This document shows positions 1 through 13,050 of a stretch of DNA of 36,400 nt, piece by piece; the first letter of the stretch is position 1; every line of letters begins with the position of its first letter. Position numbers and translations under genes: made by a program. The DNA lies in assembly GCF_004010195.1 (NCBI RefSeq), contig NC_057718.1, positions 29,755,279-29,791,678 on the forward strand, read 5' to 3'. The notes beneath the pieces are model-generated. The model was not told the DNA's origin and did no database searches. It saw only the letters and a list, made by a program, of their open reading frames with translations. The stretch is from Chiloscyllium plagiosum. Taxonomy: Eukaryota.

Positions 1-204
1 TTGATTAGGGTTTGTTCCTGTGTCTCCATGTAAGTGGGGAAACAGATGTCTTCCTGTTTGCCCATACATCCACCATTGTTCTGTAATCACGCCTCATGCT
101 AACATATCCTTTCTTTTTGCTGAATATATATTTTCTCATTCCTGTTCTGTATCAGAATTTATAGTTGCAGAAATAACATTAATTCATTTATATCCCACAA
201 TCAG

Positions 205-342
205 ATCCTTCATCACAACCACCTGATGAAGAAGCAGTGCTCTGAAAGCTAGTGCTTCCAATTAAACTTATTGGACTATAACCTGGTGTTGTGTGATTTT
301 TAACTTTGTATACCCCAGTCTAAAACCGGCTCCTCCACATCA
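205..342 (+). mobile_element. Penelope-like element terminal fragment with minimal hammerhead motif
   Basis: cac-CTGATGA-A-GAAGC-AGT-GCTCT-GAAA-GCTA-gtg at 220-254, followed by ttggactataacctggtgttgtgtgattttt, which recurs at ~4173-4209 (+) and ~5187-5225 (-). Confidence 0.7.
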
Positions 343-394
343 CGGACAAAATCCCAGACCAAAAGCACTTTTTCAGATCGAATTTCACCTGATG

Positions 395-790
395 CTTTTC
401 TCTGTCCATCTGACCAATCTATTGATACCGAATCTATTGATACCTTGCTGCAAACTATACCTTTGTTCCAGATGGTAAAACATTTGACCAATTTTTATGT
501 CATCTGCAAACTTTTTAATAGCGTTACCCTGCTTCAAATCTAAATAATTGAGAAGTACCAAGAAAATCAACACATGTAGTCCTGAATGCAGAGGAATGCC
601 TTTTTCACTTACAATCACACCAGCTAATCATTACACTTTGCTTCTTTTTGCTGAGCTAATTTTGTAACTAATTTGCCACTTTTGCCATGGCTCTTAAGGG
701 CTTTTGCCCTTGATAGTCGATCATGTGTGACCTTGTCAAATCCATGTCATCTGCATCAATTCAGCTGTGCTGACTCATCTTCATTATTAC
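395..790 (-). mobile_element. Decayed CR1-type LINE RT fragment
   Basis: ORF 385-618(-) contains KFADDIKIG and LQQGINR, matching the CR1 RT FADD region; frames are broken. Confidence 0.65.
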
Positions 791-794
791 TTCT

Positions 795-1750
795 TGTCAT
801 GACCCACAAATGTTATTAGCAGACAAGTCAGATCCCAGACAGGATTGATAGATCATATTTTTAAATTTGTTTTGATTTTATCAAAGTGGCCTCTTGTTGA
901 AACATTAGCATGCATTACTGCAGATTTAGCAACAAAAAGGGAATAAATAAAATAGAATGATCCAAAGTATCAATTTATAATCCAAATTCAAAACTTTAAA
1001 TATACAGTAAAAGTATAATCCTATTAATCTGAAAACATTCATTTATAAGTTAAAGAAACAAAACAGCTTTTGTATGGTACATAAAATATCCCTTGTACAG
1101 TTCTTAAAATACCCTCCTGCTACAGTACAAAAACATCATTCTTGTAAAATTCAGACCAACATCCTTGTATCTAACACCTTGAAGATTTAAGTCACTTGGA
1201 ATATTTTTAAACTGTAAATGAGTGAGTTATCCTTGAACTTCACAGCTCTTTGCTTAAGTAACCACTTCAGGCTTTTATCAGATCTGCAACAAGCACTAAC
1301 TCTCACATTAAATTCCAAACCCGCTAAGTCCTACTCTGCTTAGGAGCACTAGCCTGCACAGTTGACTTGTTCCAAGGTCTTCCCAGGACTAAACACTTCC
1401 TCAAATGAAAAGTGAGACTAAAAGTTTATCTCACTCAGCCAAGGTTGCGTGTCCTAAACTTAAACAAAACTAGGTTCCAGAACTCTCCAACAAACTTTTT
1501 GAAGCCCCATTATTTGCCTTGTTGGGTCACAAATAATTCAAAGTAAACAAAAGTCCATTCATGCACAAAACCCATCCACTCTATAGCTAGGATTCATAAA
1601 GTGTTTTTTTAATGGGGTCACCATAGTTACAGAAATACTTACAAGTTAATTATTAACTTCAGACACACAGCAAAACCCACCAGTTGCTCACCAATTCCAG
1701 AAATCCAAGTTTCAGCAACTAAAATTAAAAATTATATGTATAAATCCATC
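795..1750. mobile_element. Possible solo LTR-like insertion interrupting an old CR1
   Basis: AT-rich non-coding block that begins with TGTCATGAC and lies between two minus-strand CR1 remnants; no TSD or second LTR confirmed. Confidence 0.25.
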
Positions 1751-1754
1751 AGCT

Positions 1755-3180
1755 GTTTGTACATTCCTCAAAAAAATTCAGATTTGTCAGATGGGATCTT
1801 TCCTTAACTTTCATGCTGACTATATTTATTCATCAGAACTTCTAAAGTGACAATTAACACAGCACTTCAGACCTTTTTACAGGAATTTGCTCATCACCAA
1901 GGTAAGCTTGACTGCAATGTCATTATTGACTCTATCCCTCATTAAACTATAGTACAGTGTCATTGGTTCCCCAGCTTTCTGACATCCAGCTGCAGCTGAC
2001 AAGAGAGGATTAGAAAATCATGGACATCAAGTCTATTATTTATTCCTTTGCTTCTCTTAACTACCTAAGGTACATAACATCTTCACCTAGTGATTAACCT
2101 ACATTTAAAGATTTCAAAACACTTAGGTTTTGCTTTTCACAATGTTATCCCAATCAATGTTTGATGCTCCTCCTTGTTAGCTGCACTAAAGGAATTGCTT
2201 CTCTCCTTTTGTTAAAAAAAGTGCCAAATTCAGGAGCTTACCTATGCCATCTACCTCCACAGGTAAGAACCAGTATTATCTCTAATAGGCAAGTTATTTC
2301 CTTTGTTACACTCTTGCTCCAACATATTTATAAGATATCTTTAGGTTTCACTTGATTCCACTTGCCAATTTTTTTTGATACCCTCTCTTTGCTTTCTTAA
2401 TTTACTTTGTTATTTCACCCCCTGAAGTTTCAATACTCCTCTTGGGTTTCTGCAGCATTAAGCTCTCTGTATCTGATAGAAGCTCCTTTTATTTGCCTTA
2501 TGAGGTACTATATGCTCCTTGACATCCAGGGAATTCAGTTTTTGCAAGTCTCATAAATTCTCTTTGTCGGAAAATGTTTGTGCTGAACTGTCACTGTCTC
2601 CTCCTTAAATGTCCCCCATTCCTTTGACCCTGATTTGCCTTCTAGTATCTTATAGTCTGTTTTTGCTAATCACATCTCAGCTTGGTAAAATTGGACTTTC
2701 CCAATTGAGAATTTTGTCTCTTGGCCAGTCTGTGTCCTTTTTAATGACTGTGTTAAATCGAGCTTGATTATGATCGCCACTAAAATGCTGTTCCAGTTTC
2801 AATCCTGAAACCTAAATCTAGAATTGAATCTCTTTGACTTATGAATGACTGACTAGTCAAAAAAGTTCTTCTGATGTTATTTTAAGAACTTGTTCCCTCT
2901 ATAATTTCTTATGCTACCCCAGTTAATAATTGGGTTGTTGAAATTCCCTATAATTATTTATTGTTTCTGCACGTTTCAGAAATTTGCCAATATGTTTGAT
3001 CTCAATCTTCTGACTGTATGGGGACTACAGTGTACTCATAACAATATGGTTGCTTCTTTAACTTTCTTCAATTCAATTCATATGGACTCATTTGTTGATT
3101 ATACTTCAGAATCATAACAGCTTCTTTAATCAATAGTGTAATCTCCTTTTTTTGTATCCATTTCTATTTCATATGAAAAC
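1755..3180 (-). mobile_element. Highly decayed CR1 ORF2 (endonuclease to RT) remnant
   Basis: Minus-strand translation near 2700-2795 gives HFSGDHN (APE SDH motif) and ILNWEKSNF, as in the younger CR1 at 10.6-10.8 kb. Confidence 0.55.
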
Positions 3181-3204
3181 CCTGTACCAGGAATGGTAAA
3201 GAGC

Positions 3205-3303
3205 CATTCATCCGGAATGAAGGGCTATGCCCGAAATGTTGATTCTCCTGCTCCTTGGATGCTGCTTGATCTGCTGTGCTTTTCCAGCAACACACTCTCG
3301 ACT
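3205..3303 (+). mobile_element. Penelope-like 3' end fragment with degenerate hammerhead
   Basis: atga-agggc-tat-gccc-gaaa-tgttgattctcctgctccttggatgctg...ttttccagcaacacactctcgact, homologous to the tail of the GIY-YIG element at 19.9-20.0 kb. Confidence 0.75.
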
Positions 3304-3814
3304 TCCAAGTGGGTATCTTTACCTTCAGTTAATCTACTTTATTCCTTGTGTTGAATTATATACCATTAACCACTGAATACTTCACATTTTCACATTCTAT
3401 ATATGTTTACTTAATTTCTTGCTTTCCAGGTTAGCTTTTGAATTGACATTCAGGTTCACATCTTCCTGCCAAAACAACTTAAATCTTCCTTTAAAACTCA
3501 AAGCAAACTCTTCAGGATTACGTTAGTCCCAGAGCTCTATGTAGGGATTATAAATGTTCCAAAGACCAGTTCCAACAGCCCAGAATCTAAAGCCCTCCTT
3601 CCTGCACCATCTCTGAAGTACACATTCATCAACAAAATTCTTGCCACTCATGAGTAAGTAGCATTAAGAGTAGTCTGGAGATTATTAGCTTTGAGGTTCT
3701 TCTGAGGGAAAATGTTTTTACACAGTAACGAATGACAGCATAATTATGTCGAGCTAATAGATTTATTATTAAGTTGTCCTGGTCTACTGGACCAAAGGGC
3801 TATTCGATTACTTA

Positions 3815-3986
3815 AGAGATGACTGGTGTTGGTTTAACCTGAGGATCGCCATGCCTCAGTCAAGATGAGAGGTTGAGAAGAAGCATCCTTCATAGTAATC
3901 TCAGGCAGTGCAGGAATTGAGCCTGTGCTGTTGACATTACTCTACATTGCAAACCTGTTATCCAGTCAACTCACCTAACTGGCCCC
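3815..3986 (-). mobile_element. tRNA-derived SINE (family 2)
   Basis: Reverse complement is homologous to 7544-7720 (B-box-like ggctcaattcc; ...atgaagga...ttctcaacctc...ctcaggttaaa...caccagtc). Confidence 0.7.
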
Positions 3987-3988
3987 TA

Positions 3989-4127
3989 AGTTCACTGTAG
4001 TAACAGATCATTCCCTGCAAACATTTTCCCAGTATCAGAAAACATTTCTCACTATGAGTTCACTGTAGTAACAGATCATTCCCTGCAAACATTTTCCCAG
4101 TATCAGAAAACATTTCTCACTATGAGT
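3989..4127. repeat. Exact 68-bp tandem duplication
   Basis: agttcactgtagtaacagatc...catttctcactatg occurs at 3989-4056 and 4057-4124. Confidence 0.95.
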
Positions 4128-4239
4128 CTGCTGCAATGAGAAAACTTATAAAACTTAGAAAGGGAATGAGAGTTTGTTGGACTATAACCTGGTGTCATGT
4201 GATTTTTAAACGAAGAATGAGGGTCTGGTTTAAATGTTG

Positions 4240-5747
4240 AGTTACATTCAACCTGTAGTTTACCTACACTGCCCCACGACATTCCTCATGTCGAAGAACA
4301 ACTCATCACTCAGCAGATGGCTTGGAATTCACTGACATCCCTTGTTCTGCAGCATCTTTAAAAGCCTGCTGTTTACCCAAACAAGCACTGTCAATCCCAA
4401 GCTGCCCTACGCAGTTCCTGACATTTACCCCACACATGGCACACAGGGGAAATCTGAGCACTACTGTGAGGGTAGGGACATTATGATTTTGCTGAATAGG
4501 GTGGTACAGAAACATTTCCTCTTCACCCTGGACGAGCAGACCATACCAGCCTGATTTGAGCTTGCCATCCAGCTTCAAGTAGTCTCAGTCATCTGGAGGA
4601 ATGCACAGCAATGTAGGTAGGAAGTCAATGACATTCTCTACTCACCAAAGTAAGTGCCACCATCTTCTCTCTGAAACCTCAAGCTCACTCATTCTCTGCT
4701 ACTGTACTCATCTCCCACCAAGCCTCATGCTCTGCCACTCTCATTATTCCCTGCAACATCTTCCTTCACTTGTGGTCACCCACCTCAATCTCCAACACCA
4801 TTAACCTTGTGTGCCCTCTGAGTTGTCTACTCACTCACTCAGGACACCCTCCCACCCGCAGTGAATGTAATAACTGCACCAATCACTTTCGTCTCCCTTA
4901 CACCTGTCACTCTCTCAGTCCAGGCGGAACACAACACCATATGGGGTATAAAGAGTCAAGACAGTTGGTGGGCCGCCTGATATTCTCCTCCTCATCCATT
5001 ATGTGGACAACATCGTGACCCTGACCACCCCAAGCCATTGATCAACCATGTCCAATGAGCTGGGTTCCTGAGCCCACATTGTCCATTCTGCAGCATCACA
5101 ATAGTTATCAGTGTACCCTCAGGTGCAACATTAAAATGTAGAAGTGTCCAGTGTGTGGATCGGAGATGCACCATGAGGATCTTAGTTTTAAAAATCACAT
5201 GACACCAGCTTTTGGTCCAACAACTTTAGTTGAAATCACAAGCTTTTAGAGCAATGCTCCTGTGTCAGGTTAAATGTTGGACACCAGTACCGGCTGTTCC
5301 ACATCATGAGGGATCTTAGAAGCTGATACATATTGGATTCCAATGTCCATGTGTGTGTGCTTTGAGTGGCTGGTGTTCACGAGGTATGCCCTGAGGTGTT
5401 GTCTCCTGGTACCCAACAAGGAGGTTGATTGGAGCAAGCAATGAGCTGAATCCACCAGCTGCCTCCTATGGTTTCCATATCATAGTTTCTCAACATCTAG
5501 TGTGTTTGGTGGCCTTGGTAAGATAGGAAGTCAAATATTAATGTGGCAAGTTAGGTCGTCAACAAGGCATTGAACAAACAAAAATCCCCCATAATTGGCA
5601 ACTTAATGCTATATGAATTCACCTAAAGCATAAAATACGGAGTGAGCTGCTCCCATCATTGAGATCAGCCTCATTGGACTTTCTGCCTGCTTCTGCTATA
5701 AATCTCACTGTAGCTCAGTTTCTCAGATCCACGTAAAATTCTGACCA
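4240..5747 (+). mobile_element. PIF/Harbinger transposon remnant with Myb/SANT-like pseudo-exons
   Basis: 4468-4649 translates EGRDIMILLNRVVQKHFLF..QTIPA*FELAIQLQVVSVIWRNAQQCR*EVNDIL followed by a gtaagt donor; 4955-5002 gives VKTVGGPPDILLLIHY (KTGGG-like motif of Harbinger Myb proteins). Candidate terminus aaaattctgacca plus TTA at ~5735-5750. Left end not located. Confidence 0.55.
5185..5270 (-). mobile_element. Penelope-like end fragment with degenerate hammerhead
   Basis: Reverse complement reads acCTGACACAGGAGCATTGCTCTAAAAGCTTgtg..., the same family as 205-342 with a mutated core. Confidence 0.6.
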
Positions 5748-6354
5748 TTAATTCTTTTACATTACAACTCATCAAAGGAGTTAATGTTCTTTGAATATCA
5801 AATATTTGTACAGTTAATTCAATAGTTGAAGTCATAGTAAAAAATGGATTTACTATGACTAGGATTCTCTGACTTGATTTGAAGTCAGCCTTGCCAAATA
5901 ATAACCCACATTTACTTCTGAACTAGGTCGTACAGTACATCATGATTAAATAGTGCCTGTCTGAGTTTCCAATGAGAAATGGTTCAAGATGATCAGCTCT
6001 GGTGTAAAATCCCAAGTGTAAACATTTGGTCAGCATGCTTTACTCAATATACCTGCTAGGACATTCTTATGATTATTTTTAGTGTTAAAGTCTTAAGTTT
6101 AAATCTCCTAGGTACACTTTTGTAGCTTGCAAACTATTGATTCTAACAGACAGTAATGCATTTCACTGTTCTCCAATGCCTCTGATCTAATTTATCATAG
6201 GTGAACAGTCACTAAAAGCTCTGTCTTAATTTGTATACCTCACTTCAGCTCACCGCAGGAATCAGTCAAGTTAACCTGATCTGAACTGCTTTGAGTGCAA
6301 TTATGTTCCAAGTATAATACGAGCAACATGGATAATGGGGATCCTGTAGATGTA

Positions 6355-6469
6355 AGGGCTGTTGCCCGAAACGTCACTTCTCCTGATCTTTGGATGCTGC
6401 CTCACCTGTTGTGCTTTTCCAGCACCACACTCGCGACCTTATTCTCCAGCATCTGTAGTCCTCACTTTC
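6355..6469 (+). mobile_element. 115-bp 5'-truncated Penelope-like insertion with 14-bp TSD
   Basis: Exact atcctgtagatgta at 6341-6354 and 6470-6483; the insert starts inside hammerhead stem II (agggctgttgcccgaaacgtc). Confidence 0.88.
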
Positions 6470-6584
6470 ATCCTGTAGATGTAGTTGTATATCTGGACTT
6501 CCAGAAGGCATATTGTAAAAAACACACAAGGTTAATACACATGGTAAGCTCACGTAGTGTTGGGGTAATGTATTACCTTGCATA

Positions 6585-7026
6585 CAGATAAAAACAGAAA
6601 TTGCTGACGAAATTCAGCAGGTCTGGCAGCATCTATGGGAAGAAAGCAGAGTTAATGTTTTCAGTTTGGTGACTCTTCATCAGAACTGTTGGGAGCTGGC
6701 AAAAACTGATATTTAGGCTCAAAGTTGAGGGTGTACCCAGTCAGGAAGAGGTTAGCAAATAGGTGAAGATGGAACCTGGAGAGAGAGAAAAATATGACAA
6801 GGAGAGGTAAACAAGGTAAGGATAGAAGAAAAGCTGAATCAAGGATAATAGGGGCTAAAGGTTCCTTCCCCTATTTTGGCTAACATAACAGCTACTAATA
6901 CTTCTGACGAAGAGTCATTGGATTGAAAATGTTTCCTTTGCTTTATTACCATAGATACTGCCAGACCTGCTGATTCTCTCCAGCAACTTATGGTTTTGAT
7001 TCAGATCTTCAGCATCTTTGTTATTA
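6585..7026. mobile_element. Penelope-like insertion with inverted termini, each with a decayed hammerhead
   Basis: ~6590-6688(-) and ~6900-7020(+) are reverse-complement homologues; CTGATGA at 6677-6683(-), CTGACGA at 6904-6910(+); degenerate TSD tattaccttgcata 6571-6584 / tattagcttggata 7027-7040. Confidence 0.75.
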
Positions 7027-7543
7027 TATTAGCTTGGATAGGGGATTGGCTAACCAACAGAAAGTAGAGAATTGGGATAAATATATTTTCTGGATGGCAA
7101 ATGGTAACTAGAGGAGTGCCACAGGGTTTTGTCTTCATGCAGTAACTATGTGCAATCTATATTAATAACTTCTATGCAAGAATAGAAAGTACTACAGTCA
7201 ATTTTGCAGATGATACAAAAGCATACAGGAAAACAAGTTGCATTTGAAGCAATAACACACTTACAAATGGATACAGACTGGTTCAGTGAACAGGTTAAAA
7301 TTTCACAGATGAAGTTCAACCTGCAAACTGTGTGGTCATCCATTTTGGGCAGAGGAATAAGAAAGCAACTTATTACCTAAATGGAGAGAAACTACAGAGT
7401 GCTTCAGTGCAGAGAGACCTGGGAGTCCCAGTCCATGAATTGCAGAAAACAATTGTGCAGGCACAGCAGATGATAAGATGGAAGTTTGGCATTCATTGCT
7501 AAAGCAATAGGGTATAAGAATACGGAAGTATTGCTGTAACTGT

Positions 7544-7775
7544 GGGGAGTTGGTTCAGCTCAGTTGGCTCTATTGTTGGCTAACGAAATAGTGTGATGTC
7601 AACAGCATGGGTTCAATTCCCATCACTGGTTTGAGGTTACGATGAAGGACTCTCCTTCTCAACCTCGTCCCTCGCCCGAGGTCTGGTGGCCCTGAGGTTA
7701 AATTACCACCAGTCACTTCTCTCCAATAAAAGGCAGTCCCTATGTCAGGTAAGACTATAGCGACATGCATAACAC
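7544..7775 (+). mobile_element. tRNA-derived SINE (family 2)
   Basis: A-box-like agctcagttgg and B box gggttcaattccc; degenerate TSD attgctgtaactgt 7530-7543 / attgctgcaaatgt 7776-7789. Confidence 0.78.
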
Positions 7776-8585
7776 ATTGCTGCAAATGTACATGGCATTA
7801 GTGACACTGGACCTGGAGCACTGTGTACAATTTGTTTCCCTCACTTGAGGAGAAAAGTAATTGCATTGGAGGCAGTTCAGATAAGGTTCATTAGATTGAT
7901 TCCAGAGATGAGGTATTTGTCTAATGAGAGATTGATGAATTTGGGCTTATACTGTCTGGAGTTCAGAAGAATAAGAAAAGACATAATTAAGGTATATAAG
8001 ACGCTAAAGGAAATTGACAAAGTAAATATAGAAAAGAAGTTTCATCATTTTGGGCAATCTAAAATGAGAGCTCAGTTTCAGGATAAGGCTAGCAGATTTA
8101 GAACAGAGGAGAGGAGAAATTACTCCTCAAATGATCATGAATCTATGGAACTCACTATCCCAGAGTGCAGTGGATGCTGAGGCATTGAGTAAACTTTAAG
8201 GAGGAGATAGACACACATTTAATTCATAATGGATTGAAGAGTAATGGAGAGCAGCAGGAAAGTGGAGTTGAAGCCGAAATGAGATCAGTCACAATTGTGT
8301 CAAATGGTGGAGCAAGCTTGAAGAGATGAATTACTTCCACCTGCTCCTAATTCTTCTGTTCTTATGTCCAATGGAGAAAGAGCAAGAAAGTAGACATGAG
8401 GAGTTCTGGATCAGCCGTGATCCTATTGAATGGCAAAGGTGGCTCAAGGGGAAGAACTGCCTCCTCCTGTTCCAATTTCTTGTGATTGTATGGTTCCTTA
8501 GAGTCATAGAGTCATAGAGATGTTCAGCATGAAAACAGACCCTTCGGTCCAACCCTTCCATGCCGACCAGATATCCCAACCCAAT

Positions 8586-11035
8586 CTAGTCCCACCTGCC
8601 AGCACCCGGCCCATATCCCTCCAAACCCCTCCTATTCATATACCCATCCAAATGCCTCTTAAACGTTGCAATTGTACCAGCCTCTACCACTTCCTCTGGC
8701 AGCTCATTCCATACACATACCACCCTCTGTGTATACCACCTGTACACATACATTGCCCTTTAGGTCTCTCTTATATCTTTCCCCTCTCACCCTAAACATG
8801 CCCTCTAGTTCTGGACTCCCCGACCCCAGGGAAAAGACTTTGTCTATTTACCATGTCCATGCCCCTCATAATTTTGGAAACCTCTATAAGGTCACCCCTC
8901 AGCCTCCGACGATCCAGGGAAAACAGCCCCAGCCTGTTCAGCCTCTCCCTATAGCTCAAATCCTCCAACCCTGGCAACGTCCTTGTAAACCCTTTCAAGT
9001 TTCACAACATCTTTCCAGTAGAAAGGAGACCAGAATTGCACGCAATATTCCAACAGTGGCCTAACCAATATCCTCTACAGCCGCAACATGACCTCCCAAC
9101 TCCTGTACTCAATACTTTGACCAATAAACGAAAGCAGACCAAACACCTTCTTCACTATCCTATCTACCTGCGACTCCACTTTCAAGGACCTACGAACCTG
9201 CACTCCATGGTCTCTTTGTTCAGCAACACTCCCTAGGACCTTACCATTAAGTGTATATGTCCTGCTAAGATTTGCTTTCCTAAAATGCAGCACCTCACAT
9301 TTATCTAAATTAAACTCCATCTGCCACTTCTCAGCCCATTGGCCCATCTGGTCAAGATCCTGTTGTAATCTGACATAACCCTCTTCCCTGTCCACTACAC
9401 CTCCAATTTTGGTATCATCTGCAAACTTACTAACTGTACCTCTTATTCTCGCATCCAAATCATTTAGTAAATGACAAAAAGTAGAGGACCCAGCACCGAT
9501 CCTTGTGGCACTCCACTGGTCACAGGCCTGCAGTCTGAAAAACTACATTCCACAACCACCCTCTGTCTTCTACCTTTGAGCCAGTTCTGTATCCAAATGG
9601 CTAGTTCTCCCTGTATTCCATGAGATCTAACCTTGCTAATCAGACTCCCATGGGGAACCTTGTTGAACGCCTTACTGAAATCCATATACATCACATCTAC
9701 CGCTCTGCCCTCATCAATCCTCTTTGTTACTTTCTCAAAAAACTCAATCAAGTTTGTGAGACATGATTTCCCACACACGAAGCCATGTCGACTATACCTA
9801 ATCAGTCCTTGCCTTTCCAAATACATGTACATTCTGTCCCTCAGGATTCCCTCCAACAACTTGCCTACCACCGAGGTCAGGCTCACTGGTCAAGAGTTCC
9901 CTGGTTTGTCCCTACCACACTTCTTAAACAGTGGCACCATGTTAGCCAACCTCCAGTCTCCGGCACCTCACCTGTAACTATCAATGATACAGATATCTCA
10001 GCAAGATGCCCAGAGATCACTTCTCTAGCTTCCCACAGAGTTCTAGGGTACACCTGATCAGGTCCTGGGGACTTATCCACTTTTATGCGTTTCACAACAT
10101 CCAGCACTTCCTCCTCTGTAATATGGACATTTTGCAAGGTGTCACCATATATTTCCCTACAGTCCATAGCTTCCATATCCTTTTCTACAGTAAATAATGA
10201 TGCAAAATACTCATTCAGTATCTCCCACATTTTCTGCGGCTCCACACAAAGGCTGCCTTGCTGATCTTTGAGGGGCCCTATTTTCTCCCTATTTACCCTT
10301 TTGTCCTTAACGTATTTGTAAAACCCCTTTGGATTCTCCTTAATTCTATTTGCCAAAGCTATCTCATGTCCCCTTTTTGCCCTCCTGATTTCCCTCTTAA
10401 GTATACTCCTACTGCCTTTATACTTTTCTAAGGATTCACTTGATCTATCCTGTCTATACCTTACATATGCTTTCTTCCTTTACTTAACCAAACCCTCAAT
10501 TTCTTTAGTCATCCAACATTCCCTATACCTACCAGCCTTTCCTTTCACCCTAACAGGAATATACTTTCTCTGGATTCTCGTTATCTCATTTCTGAAGCCT
10601 TCCCATTTTCCAGCCATCCCTTTACCTGCGAACATCTGCCCCAATCAACTTTCGAAAGTTCTTGCCTAATACCATCAAAATTGGCCTTTCTCCAATTTAG
10701 AACTTCAACTTTTAGATCTGGTCTATCCTTTTCCATCACTATTTTAAATCTAGAATTTCGGATCATGGTCGCTTGCCCCAAAGTGCTCCCCACTGACACC
10801 TCTGTAATGCTGTCCCTTATCAAAAATGCCGCTCCCCCTTCTCTCTTGCCTCCCTTTCTAACCTTCCTGTAGCATTTGTATCCTGGAACATTAAGCTTCC
10901 AGTCCTGCCCATCCCTGAGCCATGTTACTGTAACTGCTATGATATCCCAGTCCCATATCTTAACCATGCCCTGAGATCATCTGCCTTCCATGTTCGGCCC
11001 CTTGCATTGAAATAAATGCAGTTTAATTTATTAGT
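8586..11035 (-). pseudogene. CR1 ORF2 (AP endonuclease + reverse transcriptase), frameshifted with internal deletion
   Basis: [48 protein letters not shown] and KFADDTK are spread over several ORF fragments; ends GRWD*. Confidence 0.92.
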
Positions 11036-11049
11036 CCTACCTTGTCCCT

Positions 11050-12093
11050 GCCTGCCCTGACCGTTTGACTCACTTCTGTTCTCAATTGTACCCGTCTCAG
11101 ATTGATCTCTTTCCTCACTATCGCATTGGGTCCCATCCCCCCACCTTACTAGTTTAAATCCTCCCAAGCAGCTCCAGCAAATTTCCCTGCCAGTATATTA
11201 GTCCCTTTCCAATTTAGGTGCAATCTGTCCTTCTTGTACAGGTCACTTCTACCCCAAAAGAGATTCCAATAATCCAAAAATGTGAATCCTTCTTCCATAC
11301 ACCAGCTCCTCAGCCATGCATTCATCTGCTCTATCCTCCTATTCCTGCCCTCACTAGCTCATAACACCCAGGAGTAATCCAGATATTACCACTCTCGAGG
11401 GCCTCCTTTTTAAATTCCTGCCTAACTCTCTGTAATCTCCCTTCAGACTCTCAAACTTTTCCTTTCCTATGTTGTTGGTTCCAATGTGGACAATGACCTC
11501 CTGCTGGCCCGTCTTCCCCCGTGAGAACATTCTGCACCCTCTCTGAGACATCCTTGATCCTGGCATCAGGGAAGCAACACACCATTCTGTTTGTTCGCTG
11601 ATGGCCACAGAAATGTCTGTCTATACCTCGGACTAGACAGTCCCCTAACACAATTGATCTCTTGGAATGCGATGTACCCCTCGTTGCCTTAGAGCCAATC
11701 TCAATATCAGAAACTTGGCTGTTCGTGCTACGTTCCCCTGAGAATCCATTCCCCCCCCCCCCCCCACATTTTCCAAAACAGCATACTTATTCGAAATGGG
11801 TATAGCCACAAAAGACTCCTGCACTAGCTGCCTACCTCTCTTACCTTTCCTGGAGTTAACCCATCTATTTGACTGCATCTGAGACTTCCCCCCTTCCTAT
11901 AACTGCCATCTATCACATTATGTTGTTGTTGCAACTTCCTCATTGCTTCTTACTGTCTCTCCAACCAATCCATTCGATCTGTTAAGATTCACAACCAATA
12001 ACATTTATGGCAGAAGTAATCCGCTGTAATCCTTAAACTCTCTTTAAACTCCCACATCTGACAAGAAGCACATTTCACTCTACTAAAGGCCAT
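11050..12093 (-). pseudogene. CR1 ORF1 (zinc finger/coiled coil + SGNH esterase), disrupted
   Basis: ATG at 12093 gives MAFSRVKCASCQMW..YFCHKC (CxxC..CxxC); esterase blocks LGDCLVRG, VCCFPDARIKDV and VIVHIGTNN in ORFs 11354-11651. Confidence 0.85.
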
Positions 12094-12489
12094 TTTTGCT
12101 TCTTCACAATCTACAGACCCAGAAATTAACACCGTCTTATTCCTCCACAAACACTGCCCCAGGTTAAGTTAATAGTTATGGCTTATATTTTAAGTTTAAT
12201 CAAGAGACATAGCTCCAAAAACATATAATCAAGAAAGAACCCACTCTACTCACTACTGCAGACTTTCTGTAGGTCACACTTAAAACAACAATACACTTAT
12301 CTGCTTCTGTGCTGTGAACTTCACCCAACAGTTCCTCCAAGATCAGTTGTGAATTTCACTGTTTGTTAATTTTCCCAGACGCACTCTCTCTCCTGCACTG
12401 ACCTCACTGTGTGCTTCCTTTGTCTGTTCTTCTCCCTTTCAAAACTGCCGTTGTGTTGACTTTTTTTCAAAAGTTCCAAAACAATGCAA

Positions 12490-13050
12490 ACAAGGAGATC
12501 AAAACTGCACAGAACTCTCGATGTGCTTTCACCAATATCCCACAAAATATGAGTAAGGTTTTCTTCCTTTTATATTCCTATCCCCTTACAATGAACTTTT
12601 CATTTGTCTTCCTATTCATTTGCTGTATCTACATACTAGCTTTTCATTGTTACATGTACCATGACACCCAAATTAATCTATACTGTAACATTCTGCAATC
12701 TCTCTAAATAACATACCTTATTTTTTAATTATTCCTACCAAAATAGACAAATTCACATTTCCCCATTTTATAATCTGTCTGTCAAGTTTTTGTCCACTTC
12801 CTGTATCAATTTATTTATTAAGGTCTTTGTAGACTCCTTGTCCCTTCGTCCAAACCTATCTACCTTTGTATCATCAGCAAACTTAGCAACGATACAATCA
12901 GTCCTCTATTCCAAGTCATCGATATGTAAGTAACTGAGGCTCTGGGACTGATCCCTATGGCTCTTCACTTGCTGACAAAAAAGTAATCCATCTCTACCCC
13001 TTTCTTTTTTCTGGTTGCTAACCAATCCTATATCCATGCTAATATGTTGT
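12490..13050 (-). mobile_element. Old CR1 RT fragment
   Basis: Reverse complement of ~12865-12895 reads VAKFADDTK; heavily decayed. Confidence 0.65.

Larger units (their letters stand above)
6310..8498 (+). mobile_element. Old CR1-type LINE, RT to 3' end, interrupted by three insertions
   Basis: MDNGDPVDV|VYLDFQKA (6328-6510), NFADDTK (~7200), ALEAVQIRFIRLIPEM...LGLYCLEFRRIR (ORF 7845-8180); CR1-like 3' tails near 8360 and 8490. Confidence 0.8.
8499..12490 (-). mobile_element. Near full-length CR1-clade LINE (HER1-like), inactivated
   Basis: 5' UTR, ORF1, APE and RT occur in order on the minus strand; the 3' end is an (CTCTATGA)n microsatellite tail at 8499-8520. Confidence 0.93.
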
